Source: an uncultured Gemmatimonadota bacterium (lineage in GTDB: Bacteria; SM23-81; DAOVCL01). From it: a stretch of DNA of 64,000 nucleotides. Below the pieces are notes generated by a model that saw only the letters and a program-made list of their open reading frames with translations, ran no database searches and was not told where the DNA came from. Both the position numbers and the translations under genes were made by a program. The stretch spans positions 64,001-128,000 of the forward strand of contig CAZVGK010000002.1 in assembly GCA_964626665.1 (NCBI GenBank), given 5' to 3'. Positions 47,009 through 55,979 of the stretch are shown one piece after another; position 1 is the stretch's first letter, and each line of letters starts with the position of its first letter.

Positions 47009-48973
47009 ATGTGGAGGAAAATAGGCTTGGCGATTATCTCCCTCTGCTTGCTCATTGGGGGAGGAATAAAGGGTATAGCTCAAGGGGAGAGCATCCAGGA
47101 GATCGTGAGAAATTCACCCTCTGCCTCCGACTATCCCCAGGCCGGAGCCCTTATCCTTTTGGATGATACCAGGGTTGTCCTCACAGATAAAGGAAACATA
47201 ACCCAGAGACATCTTTTGGTTAAGCTCTTTAAGAAGAGGGGAATTGAGAAGTGGGGGGATATAAAGCAGAGGTATGACAAATCCCACCAAAAGGTGAAGA
47301 TCGATATGGCCCGCACATTTAAGCCGGACAGTTCAATAGTGGAACCGCCAGCCGATGCCATTTCCGATGTCAGTGCGCCTGAGGTGCAGTGGGCCTCTGC
47401 CTACTCCAATGCGATGATGAAGGTCGTCTCCTTTGCCGGCCTGGAGCCGGGATCGGTGATAGACTATAAATGGGAGGTCAGATCGGAGAAGAAGGGGGGT
47501 GGCTTATTATCCAAGTTCTTCGGCTGGCTTAAGGGAAGGCATAAAAAGGATTTCTGGACTGGGACTAGATTTCAGTCCACAGATCCTATTGTGAAGAAGA
47601 GCTTTACCTTCGATGCCCCGGCAGATTTCCAGTTTAAGCCGGCCGTTCTCAATGGGGATATAACCCCTCAAAAAAGAGAGGAGGGGAAGAGAGTAGTTTA
47701 TACCTGGGAGGTAAGTGATAAAAGGCAGATAATTGAGGAGCCCGATATGCCTCCTCTGGCCCGGATTGTCCCTCGCCTTCTCATTACCACATTTGGAAAT
47801 TGGGAGGATGTGGCAAAGTGGTTCGCCAAGAAGTTTTATCCTCAGGTTAAGCCGACTGGCCAGGTAAAAAGAGAGGCTACAACCCTTACCTTTGGGGATA
47901 CAACTGAGAAGGAGAAGATAAGAGATATCTTTCTTTTTGTGGTCAAAGAGATTAGGACCGTCTATCTCCCCTTAGGCCAAGCGGGATATAAGCCAAATTC
48001 AGCTTCCCAGGTCTTGGAGAACAGGTATGGTGACTATCGGGATAAGGCCGTCCTCCTGGTTTCCCTGCTTAAAGGGGTGGGAATAGAGGCCTATCCGGCT
48101 TTTGTTAACCACTCTCAGGTGGAAATTGATGAGGATTTGCCTTCTCCAGGCCAATTTAATGATTTGATTGTCGCCGTCCCGCAGGCTAAAGGAGGCTACC
48201 TCTGGCTCGACCCTGCGGCGGAAAACTCAGGCTGGGGTTATCTCCCCCCTGAGGAGCAGGGAACCAAGGCCTTGGTGGTCAAACCGAACGGAGGGAAGAT
48301 AGTGGACATTCCCCTGCTTCCCCCGGAAGAGAACAGGTCGTTAGCTTCGATGAAGTTTGATCTGGCCTCAGATGGCAGTCTGTCCGGAGTGGTGACCAAT
48401 CGGTTAAAGGGGTTCATCGATCAAAGGGCCAGATCTGCACTTAAGGACAAGACACCTCAAGAGTTGGAGAAATTCTTCCAGGAGGCAGCAAACCGTGTCT
48501 CCCAGGGGACCGAGCTTGTCTCCGATAGCCTCACCGATTTGAAGAACTTAAATACCCCGGTGAGGGTTAAGGTGTCCTTCAAATCCCCCCAATATGCCAT
48601 TTTAGAGGGGCAGATGATGCTCTTTGAGATTCCCTCGAATCCCCTCTCCTTCTTCGGGGTTTTCCCTACCCTTCCCTTCAGGAAATATGATATGCTCATC
48701 CCCTCCCCGGTGAGAATGGAGGAGAGAACGACGATTGAGATCCCCCCTGGCTTTATGGTGGCGCATCTCCCTGCAGAGATGAAGATCGATAAGCCTATGG
48801 GGGAATTTAGCCTTAGCTGCCAACAAAAGGGGAGGCAGATCATCTACACCAGAAAGCTTACCCTAAAGGTAAAGAGGGTGGGAAGGGGGAGGTACTGGGC
48901 CTTAAAGCAGATGTTTGATAAGTTGGCCAAGCCCCAGACAAGGCTGGTTATCTTGGAGAAGGAGGCCGCATAA
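47009..48973 (+). CDS. DUF3857/transglutaminase-like secreted protein with degenerate catalytic residues
   Basis: Paralog of the upstream gene; GDYRDKA and FNDLI replace the catalytic Cys and His. Confidence 0.85.
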   Translation: MWRKIGLAIISLCLLIGGGIKGIAQGESIQEIVRNSPSASDYPQAGALILLDDTRVVLTDKGNITQRHLLVKLFKKRGIEKWGDIKQRYDKSHQKVKIDMARTFKPDSSIVEPPADAISDVSAPEVQWASAYSNAMMKVVSFAGLEPGSVIDYKWEVRSEKKGGGLLSKFFGWLKGRHKKDFWTGTRFQSTDPIVKKSFTFDAPADFQFKPAVLNGDITPQKREEGKRVVYTWEVSDKRQIIEEPDMPPLARIVPRLLITTFGNWEDVAKWFAKKFYPQVKPTGQVKREATTLTFGDTTEKEKIRDIFLFVVKEIRTVYLPLGQAGYKPNSASQVLENRYGDYRDKAVLLVSLLKGVGIEAYPAFVNHSQVEIDEDLPSPGQFNDLIVAVPQAKGGYLWLDPAAENSGWGYLPPEEQGTKALVVKPNGGKIVDIPLLPPEENRSLASMKFDLASDGSLSGVVTNRLKGFIDQRARSALKDKTPQELEKFFQEAANRVSQGTELVSDSLTDLKNLNTPVRVKVSFKSPQYAILEGQMMLFEIPSNPLSFFGVFPTLPFRKYDMLIPSPVRMEERTTIEIPPGFMVAHLPAEMKIDKPMGEFSLSCQQKGRQIIYTRKLTLKVKRVGRGRYWALKQMFDKLAKPQTRLVILEKEAA

Positions 48974-49132
48974 AGGCTTTGTAATCCACCGAGGGTGGAG
49001 TCAAGGTTGGCCCAAGCTTTGCTCGCGGTTTGGCCAGCTTAGCCAAGGGACTTCGGAGGAGGAGTATTAGCCCTGATAGCCTGGCGCAGGCCTCCGAAGC
49101 CCCTTGGTTTAGCGGGAAAAGGGGATGTAAGG

Positions 49133-49630
49133 ATGATCTTTTATGAGGAGATATTGAGGTCGTTTCAAAAACATGAGGTTAAATATCTACTCGTGGGCGG
49201 TTTTGCTGTCAATCTTCTTGGTTCAATGCGCAGCACTGCTGATTTAGATATTCTCGTTGAGCTAAGCGATGATAACCTCAGAAAGATCGTCAAAATTTTA
49301 ATAGAACATGGTTATCGGGTAAGACAACCTGTTGACCCAATGGAAGTTGCAGAGGGGGAGATACGAAGGGATTGGATTGAAAATAAGCATATGAAGGCTC
49401 TTAACTTCTATAAAGAAAATGAGTTAAAGGAAGTGGATATAATCATAGAATCTCCTGTCTCCTTTGAGGAGGCTCGAGAAAGCTTTATACCTATGAAGAT
49501 TGATGATTTGGTTTTGCCCGTAATCTCTATAGATAAGCTAATCAAGATGAAGCAGAGCACAGGAAGAACTATTGATAAATTGGATATAGAGGAGTTAGAA
49601 AAGATCAAAAAACTAAAGGAGAATATGTGA
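49133..49630 (+). CDS. Nucleotidyltransferase-fold protein (DUF6036/AbiEii-like)
   Basis: LVGGFAV..G..RSTADLDI, LIKMK..GRTIDKLD. Confidence 0.8.
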   Translation: MIFYEEILRSFQKHEVKYLLVGGFAVNLLGSMRSTADLDILVELSDDNLRKIVKILIEHGYRVRQPVDPMEVAEGEIRRDWIENKHMKALNFYKENELKEVDIIIESPVSFEEARESFIPMKIDDLVLPVISIDKLIKMKQSTGRTIDKLDIEELEKIKKLKENM

Positions 49631-49788
49631 TTACTAAGTGGGAGACGGAAGAGGAGCGTCTTCTGAGACTTATGAAAATACCTCCCAAGAAAAAGTTGGA
49701 GTGGCTCAGGCAGATGAATGAATTCCTTGTAAAATCCTCATCGAAACGCGACAAGCTAATTAGATGGGAATTGAGGAAAATGCGATAG
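49627..49788 (+). CDS. Small 53-aa helical protein coupled to the nucleotidyltransferase, putative antitoxin
   Basis: GTGA overlap; MITKWETEEERLLRLMKIPPKKKLEWLRQMNEF; below the ORF-track size cutoff. Confidence 0.6.
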   Translation: MITKWETEEERLLRLMKIPPKKKLEWLRQMNEFLVKSSSKRDKLIRWELRKMR

Positions 49789-49914
49789 TTTTGTTCAACA
49801 GGTCAGTATTTTATGAATGGGAAGGTCTTTAGTCCGACCTATTCATAAATTTCCAATGGATTGGTGCAATCTTATGTCGCCTTGGAAATTAGGGATAACC
49901 CCATCGGCAAAATT

Positions 49915-50250
49915 GAGGGGGCAGAACCCTGTTCTGCCCGGTCAGATCAGGGGATCTGACCCTCTGCTTGGCAATTTGCAGCTACTGTGCAGATTTTTAT
50001 GATAGACTGCACTGCAAAAAGGTCGAAAAATTAGGTAGCCGCAACCTTTAGGTTGCGTAAGTAGTGTCTGTCCGGGATTCCAGTTTTGAGGGAAATGTCA
50101 TTGCTCGCCCTGTTAGATATCAATAACATCTTGGCAAGAACCAAAAATTATGGGGCTTATCTAACAGGGCGAGGAGTGAGGAACGAACGACGAAGCAATC
50201 TTTCTATTCTTAGGAGATTGCTTCGCTCCTTTCAGTCGCTCGCAATGACG
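49915..50250. repeat. Intergenic mosaic of REP-like palindromes
   Basis: GTCATTGC..GAAGCAATC/GATTGCTTCG..GCAATGAC pair with a nested CCCTGTTAGATA..TATCTAACAGGG element, plus a GTAG REP half. Confidence 0.75.
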
Positions 50251-50340
50251 GATATTTCAATTTTGGTAGTTTCCGGGCAGCCATTAAGTAGTTGATTTGT
50301 AATTTGAGATAAAAAATAGGAAGTGTCCCTATTTTAAGAG

Positions 50341-51705
50341 CTAAGTGGGGGAGAGGCCATATCTCTCTATCTTCCGGTAGAGGGTCGATGGATCAACCCT
50401 GAGGATCTCTGAGGCCTTGCTCTTTTGCCATTTCGTCTCCTTAAGCACCCAATAAATGTAGGCCTTCTCCACCGCCTCTATTGTGGGTAGAGAAGGCGGT
50501 TCCCTGCGAACCAACTGGGGTGAAGGGGGGTTGCTGAGGTTCTCAGGCAGCTCATCTGGCTTGATCTCGTTGCTTCGGGCCAAGATCACTGCCCTCTCCA
50601 AGACATTCTCTAACTCCCGCACATTTCCCGGCCAGGAATAGCCCAGCATAAGCTCCAGGGCCTCCGGGGAGAGGTTTTTCTTCTTCCCGGTTGCTTGGGC
50701 ATACCTCTGGAGAAATACATTGGAGAGGAGTTCTATATCATCCCTTCTCTCCCTGAGAGGGGGGATGCAGAGGGGGATCACATTTAGCCTGTAGAAGAGG
50801 TCGGGCCTGAACTTTCCCATCTTGATCATAGCCTCCAGGTCTGCGTTGGTCGCCGCTATCAATCGCACATCCACTGGGATTGGTTTCGTCCCCCCCACGG
50901 GCATAATCTCCCTCTCCTCCAGCACCCTGAGGAGCTTGACCTGAATGGAAGGTGAGGTCTCTCCTACTTCATCTAAGAAGAAGGTTCCCTTATCGGCCAC
51001 CTTAAAGAGCCCATCCTTATCCCTCACTGCTCCGGTAAAGGAACCCTTGATGTGACCAAATAGCTCACTCTCCAAGAGGTTCTCCGGTAGGGCAGCGCAG
51101 TTTATGGAGACAAACGGGCCGGAGGATCGTTGGGAACCATTATGGATGGCCCTGGCGATAAGCTCCTTTCCTGTCCCACTCTCCCCATAGATGAGAACCG
51201 TGCTTTCGGTCTGGGCTATCTTCTGAGCGGTCTCCTTCAACTCCTGGGCCTTCTGGCTGTTGCCGATGAAGTCACTGAAGTCAAAATCTCGCTTGATCCT
51301 CCTCTTTAGCTCCCTGTTCTCTTGAGTTAGCCTTTTGTGTTCCAGGGCCCGGCTTACGGCTAACTTTATCTCCCCCACCTTGAATGGCTTGGTGATGTAA
51401 TCGTTTGCCCCCATCTTTAAGGCCTCTATGGCCGTATCCAAGGAGGCAAAAGCGGTGAGAACTATGAAGCCAAGTTCGGAGTCCATCTTCCTCACCTGGG
51501 AGAGCAACTCCAGTCCGCCCATTTGAGGCATCCGCAGATCGGCGATCACCAGATCAAAGGGGGTTTTGCCCAGAAGTTTCAGGGCCTGCAGGCCGTCTGA
51601 GGCCGTAACAACATCATAATTCTCCTTTCTTAGGGTAAACGACATTACCTGGCAGAGGCTCTCCTCGTCGTCTACAACCAAGATTTTCCCTTTAGCCTCG
51701 GGCAT
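50341..51705 (-). CDS. pilR: Sigma54-dependent response regulator, PilR-like
   Basis: REC domain, GESGTGKE, ESELFGH..GSFTGA, WPGNVREL, Fis-type HTH; context. Confidence 0.88.
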   Translation of the reverse strand: MPEAKGKILVVDDEESLCQVMSFTLRKENYDVVTASDGLQALKLLGKTPFDLVIADLRMPQMGGLELLSQVRKMDSELGFIVLTAFASLDTAIEALKMGANDYITKPFKVGEIKLAVSRALEHKRLTQENRELKRRIKRDFDFSDFIGNSQKAQELKETAQKIAQTESTVLIYGESGTGKELIARAIHNGSQRSSGPFVSINCAALPENLLESELFGHIKGSFTGAVRDKDGLFKVADKGTFFLDEVGETSPSIQVKLLRVLEEREIMPVGGTKPIPVDVRLIAATNADLEAMIKMGKFRPDLFYRLNVIPLCIPPLRERRDDIELLSNVFLQRYAQATGKKKNLSPEALELMLGYSWPGNVRELENVLERAVILARSNEIKPDELPENLSNPPSPQLVRREPPSLPTIEAVEKAYIYWVLKETKWQKSKASEILRVDPSTLYRKIERYGLSPT

Positions 51706-53335
51706 ATCCTTCCCCTTCCAAGGTGATAAAGAAGATTGTTCCCTTTCCTGGCTGGCTCTCCACCTTTATCTGGCCGCTATGTTCCTCAACGATCCTCTCG
51801 GCTATGGAGAGGCCTAACCCAGTCCCCCCTTTCTTGGTGGAGAAGAAGGGCTGGAAGATCCTCTCCCTGTCCGCGGGGGCTATCCCCCGGCCATTGTCCC
51901 TGATGGACAATCTCACCTCGCCGTTTTTTGCACCAGCCACCTCAAACCGCACCCACCCCTCTCCCTCCAAGGCCTCCAAGCCATTTAGGCCTAAGTTGAG
52001 GAGGGCCTGCTTCAGTTGATCCTCGTCACCCCTTACCCAAAGGGGCACATCCCCCAATTTGGCCTCTATCTTTCCCCTTTTGGGGCTCCCCGCATCCCGC
52101 CGCAGGAGGGCAGCCACCTCAGCGGCCAAATTCCTCAGATCCAGGGTTTTAAACCTCCCCTTGCCCGGCCTGGCGAAGGAGAGGAAATCCTGGAGGATTC
52201 CATTTAACCTGTCCGACTCCTTGATGATGAGGTCCATCAACTTCCCCTCTTCTCCCGTCAATTTGAGCTCGCTCTGCAAAACCTCCACCGATCCCCTGAT
52301 GGAGGAGAGGGGATTTCTGATCTCATGGGCCACATTGGCCGAAAGCTGGCCTACAGCGGCCAGCCTGTCGGCCTTCCTCATCTTCTCCTCCAACTTCTTT
52401 ACCTCCGTAAGATCTTGAAACACGGCGATTATCCCCCTTACCCCCCCCTGGTTATCCTTTAAAATGGAGGTGTTTATCCCCACCGGCCTCTCCCTTCCCT
52501 TATCCCTGATGAGCAGTTCCCCCCGGGATTCCCCCTTCCCGCTGTAAAGGGACTGCCTCATCAACTCACCTAATTCTGGGAATTGAGGGGAGATAACCTG
52601 CTCAAATCCCCTGCCCACGATCTCTTCCCTCTTTCTCCCCAGAATCTCCTCTGCCGTGTGATTGAAGTAGGCTATCTCTCCATTCCGATCCAGGGTGATG
52701 AGGCCACTTCTCATATGTTGCAGGATGTCGTCTGTCTCCAGCTTGGCCCTGCTCAGTTGGATGGAGGCGCTCTTTAGTTGCTCTGCCCTCTCCTTTAACC
52801 TCTCGGCCAAGAAGCCGCTAAGAAAGGCGGTGAGAAAGAAGAAGCAGATGTAGAGGTAAAGGGCCAGGAATATCTTATCGCTGGGATAGGAGATTGCCCC
52901 CGCGGGGCTAAGCAGTATCCCCTTGCTCTCCAGCCAGATGATCAGCTCATAGAGCACACCAGCCCAGGTGGCCACTAAAAGCCCGCCCTTTAACCCAAAG
53001 AGTATGCTTCCACTGATGATGGAGAAGACAAAGAGAAGGATAAATGGACTGTTTACCCCACCGGAGTAGTGAACTATCCCCCCCTCCAAGACCACCTCAA
53101 AGAGGAGCTGAAATCCCAAAAAGCCGGGGTAAGGTGTATCCCCCACCTTCCTCCCCCGACGGAGGGCAACAAGGTAGACCAAGGTCCCCATACCGTAGAG
53201 GACCAGAAGGGGATAGAGAAAGCTCTCCTCACGGAGGAAGAAAAGGATAGCCCCGGAGATGAGGAGAAAAATCACCAGTCTGGAGACCAACAGCCATCTA
53301 AACCTGCTTAAATCGTCCTCCATCTGGATTTTCAT
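51692..53335 (-). CDS. pilS: Membrane PAS sensor histidine kinase, PilS-like
   Basis: About 6 TM helices with SGGVNSPF, PAS, AHEIRNPL, GTGLGL. Confidence 0.88.
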   Translation of the reverse strand: MKIQMEDDLSRFRWLLVSRLVIFLLISGAILFFLREESFLYPLLVLYGMGTLVYLVALRRGRKVGDTPYPGFLGFQLLFEVVLEGGIVHYSGGVNSPFILLFVFSIISGSILFGLKGGLLVATWAGVLYELIIWLESKGILLSPAGAISYPSDKIFLALYLYICFFFLTAFLSGFLAERLKERAEQLKSASIQLSRAKLETDDILQHMRSGLITLDRNGEIAYFNHTAEEILGRKREEIVGRGFEQVISPQFPELGELMRQSLYSGKGESRGELLIRDKGRERPVGINTSILKDNQGGVRGIIAVFQDLTEVKKLEEKMRKADRLAAVGQLSANVAHEIRNPLSSIRGSVEVLQSELKLTGEEGKLMDLIIKESDRLNGILQDFLSFARPGKGRFKTLDLRNLAAEVAALLRRDAGSPKRGKIEAKLGDVPLWVRGDEDQLKQALLNLGLNGLEALEGEGWVRFEVAGAKNGEVRLSIRDNGRGIAPADRERIFQPFFSTKKGGTGLGLSIAERIVEEHSGQIKVESQPGKGTIFFITLEGEGYARG

Positions 53336-53340
53336 CTTCT

Positions 53341-54540
53341 TTATTGGATGACTCCGATGAGGTCAAACATCGGAAGATACATTGCAATTAAGACGAAGCC
53401 GATGACTGCTCCCATCACCACTATCACCACAGGTTCTATTATCGAGGTGAGGGCACCAACCGCCGCATCTACCTCATCCTCGTAGAAATCGGCTACTTTT
53501 CCTAACATCTCGTCAAGGCCTCCCGTCTTCTCTCCTACGGAGATCATCTGCACCACCATAGGGGGGAAGACGCCAGTTTCCTGCAGGGGCTGGGCGATGG
53601 TATCCCCCTGGGCAATTGCCGTTACCGCTTGGCGAACCGCATTGTAGATAACCTTGTTGCCAGCGGTCTTGGCGGTAATCTCTAAGCTATCCAGGATAGG
53701 AACTCCACTGCTTAGCAGGGTTCCCAGGGTTCTGCTGAACCTGGCGATTATGCTCTTGCGCAGCATGTTCCCTATGATAGGGATCTTCAGTTTAAACTTG
53801 TCTATGATCAGCCTCCCAGAGGGGGTCTTGGAAAAATACCTATAGGCTATGCCCAACCCAATCAGGAGCACAATACCCCAAAGAATGTTTGACCTGAGGA
53901 TGCCGCTGAGAGCCAAAACTATCTTGGTGGGGAGGGGAAGTTCAGCCCCAAATCCCTGAAAGAGTCGGGCGAAGACGGGGACGATAAAGGTGATCAGGAA
54001 AAGGGTCGCCCCCGCAGCCACCACGCTGATCACCGCCGGATAATACATTGCCCCCTTGATCTTCCTCTTCAGGGCGTCAACCTTTTCCCGATAGCTGGCC
54101 AACCGCAAAAGGATTGTATCCAGAGCTCCTCCTATCTCCCCGGCCTCCACCATATTGACGAAGAGCTCATCGAATATCTTGGGGTGTTTGCCCAGGGCCT
54201 CGGCCAGGGTTGAGCCGCTCTGTACCCTTTCCCTCACATCGTTCAGGGCATTCTTTAAAGCAGGGCTCGTTGCCTGATCAGAGAGGATCTCCAGGGATTG
54301 CACCAGGGGAAGTCCGGCCTCAATCATCGTGGCAAACTGCCTGGCCATCCTGGAGATCTCCGTGGATTTGACCCTTCTGCTTATATGGAGGTGGATCTCC
54401 CTGGGCTTGGATCGGGCCTCGGTAACCAAGATCCTTTTCCTTCTCAGGATCCTGCGGACTTCATCCTGGGAGCGGGCGGCTATCTCCCCGGTCACCTCAG
54501 AGCCGGAGAGCGTTTTTCCCACATATTCAAAGACTGGCAA
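53341..54540 (-). CDS. pilC: Type IV pilus inner membrane platform protein
   Basis: RQFATMIEAGLP, AGEIGGAL, VGEKTGGL, IAMYLPMF. Confidence 0.95.
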   Translation of the reverse strand: MPVFEYVGKTLSGSEVTGEIAARSQDEVRRILRRKRILVTEARSKPREIHLHISRRVKSTEISRMARQFATMIEAGLPLVQSLEILSDQATSPALKNALNDVRERVQSGSTLAEALGKHPKIFDELFVNMVEAGEIGGALDTILLRLASYREKVDALKRKIKGAMYYPAVISVVAAGATLFLITFIVPVFARLFQGFGAELPLPTKIVLALSGILRSNILWGIVLLIGLGIAYRYFSKTPSGRLIIDKFKLKIPIIGNMLRKSIIARFSRTLGTLLSSGVPILDSLEITAKTAGNKVIYNAVRQAVTAIAQGDTIAQPLQETGVFPPMVVQMISVGEKTGGLDEMLGKVADFYEDEVDAAVGALTSIIEPVVIVVMGAVIGFVLIAMYLPMFDLIGVIQ

Positions 54541-54682
54541 AATATACCCCCTTTCCAGTAAGAGCTAAAAATTGAAAATTGTAAAGTGCAAAAGTTAAAC
54601 TGATCTTTTCTTTCAATTCGGACAAAAGTTCACCCCAGTATCTCACCAAAGTCCCTGCCGTCAATGCGAAGCTTCGCTAAGC

Positions 54683-55750
54683 CTATATTGCTCGTCTGCG
54701 GGCCATCATCTCCTTCAGTTCCTGTGGATTTGTGCTGCGAGAGAGGGCATCCTCTAAGCTTATCTTCCGCGCCAGATGGAGCTCCATCAAGGATTGATTC
54801 ATCGTCTTCATTCCATATTTTTGACCAGCTTGGATAAGGCTATATATCTGATGAACCTTACCATCCCTGATCATAGCCTTGATCGCCGGGGTGCAGATCA
54901 TCACCTCCAGGGCCAGGACCCTTCCCCCCCCGATTTTGGGGATGAGCTGTTGAGAGACCACTGCCTGGATAACAAAGGAGAGCTGGATCTTCACCTGTTC
55001 CTGCTTTTCCTTGGGGAAAACATCAATGATCCTCTTGATGGACTCTATCGCCGATCCGGTGTGCAGGGTGGCAAAGGCCAGATGACCGGTTTCAGATATG
55101 GTTAAGGCTGATTCCATAGTCTCCAGATCCCTCATCTCGCCGATCATCACCACATCGGGGTCCTGTCTCAGGGCATACTTCAAGGCTTGGGCAAAGGAGT
55201 CGGTGTCCGCCTTCACCTCCCTCTGATTTATCAGACAATTGTTGTGTTTGTGTAGGTATTCAATGGGGTCCTCCACGGTGAGGATGTGCAACTTCCTTTC
55301 CCTGTTTATCTTGTCCAGGATGGTAGCCAGGGTGGTTGATTTTCCGGACCCAGTGGGCCCGGTGATCAGGACCAATCCCTGAGGGAGGTTGGCCAAGTCG
55401 GAGACCTGTTTAGGGATACCCAACTCCTCAAAGGAACCTATCTTAAATGGTATCTGCCTGATGGCCGCGGCCACACATCCCCTTTGCAGGTAGATGTTGC
55501 ACCTAAACCGGGACATATTTTCCAGGCCAAAGGAGAGATCGAGCTCCTTGCTCTCCTCGAACCTCTGCTTCTGCTTCTCGGTCATTATGCTATAGGAAAG
55601 CCTCTTGGTGTCCTCCGAAGTGAGGGGAGGATGTTGAGATTTATTCAGCGCTCCATCCACCCGGAACATCGGCGGGGCTCCAACTGTGAGATGAAGATCT
55701 GAGGCTTTTAGCCTGAACATCTCCTCTAACAGTTCCCTGAGAGTCAACAA
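54683..55750 (-). CDS. pilT: Type IV pilus retraction ATPase
   Basis: ASDLHL, GPTGSGKSTT, EDPIE, LRQDPD, GEMRD, TLHT, AIKAMIRD (AIRNLIRE-like). Confidence 0.93.
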   Translation of the reverse strand: MLTLRELLEEMFRLKASDLHLTVGAPPMFRVDGALNKSQHPPLTSEDTKRLSYSIMTEKQKQRFEESKELDLSFGLENMSRFRCNIYLQRGCVAAAIRQIPFKIGSFEELGIPKQVSDLANLPQGLVLITGPTGSGKSTTLATILDKINRERKLHILTVEDPIEYLHKHNNCLINQREVKADTDSFAQALKYALRQDPDVVMIGEMRDLETMESALTISETGHLAFATLHTGSAIESIKRIIDVFPKEKQEQVKIQLSFVIQAVVSQQLIPKIGGGRVLALEVMICTPAIKAMIRDGKVHQIYSLIQAGQKYGMKTMNQSLMELHLARKISLEDALSRSTNPQELKEMMARRRAI

Positions 55751-55817
55751 GTTAAACTCCTTTTTTAATTTGCCTATTTGTAATTACTTACCACTGACAA
55801 CCACGGACTAACACAGA

Positions 55818-55933
55818 AATGGTCAATGATCAATGAACAATTATCAATGAAAAATGGCACCTACCTCAGGATTTTCTGGCGTCATTTCATTTTAACTTGC
55901 CAATTGTTAATTGATCATTGATGATGGTCCATT
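55818..55933. repeat. Inverted pair of 7-nt-periodic arrays between pilB and pilT
   Basis: AAT every 7 nt at 55818-55853, then ATT-like triplets every 7 nt at 55889-55931. Confidence 0.75.
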
Positions 55934-55979
55934 CCACCAGATTCCGTGGGGAATGTTACATAAAATTCAATTGGTCTTC

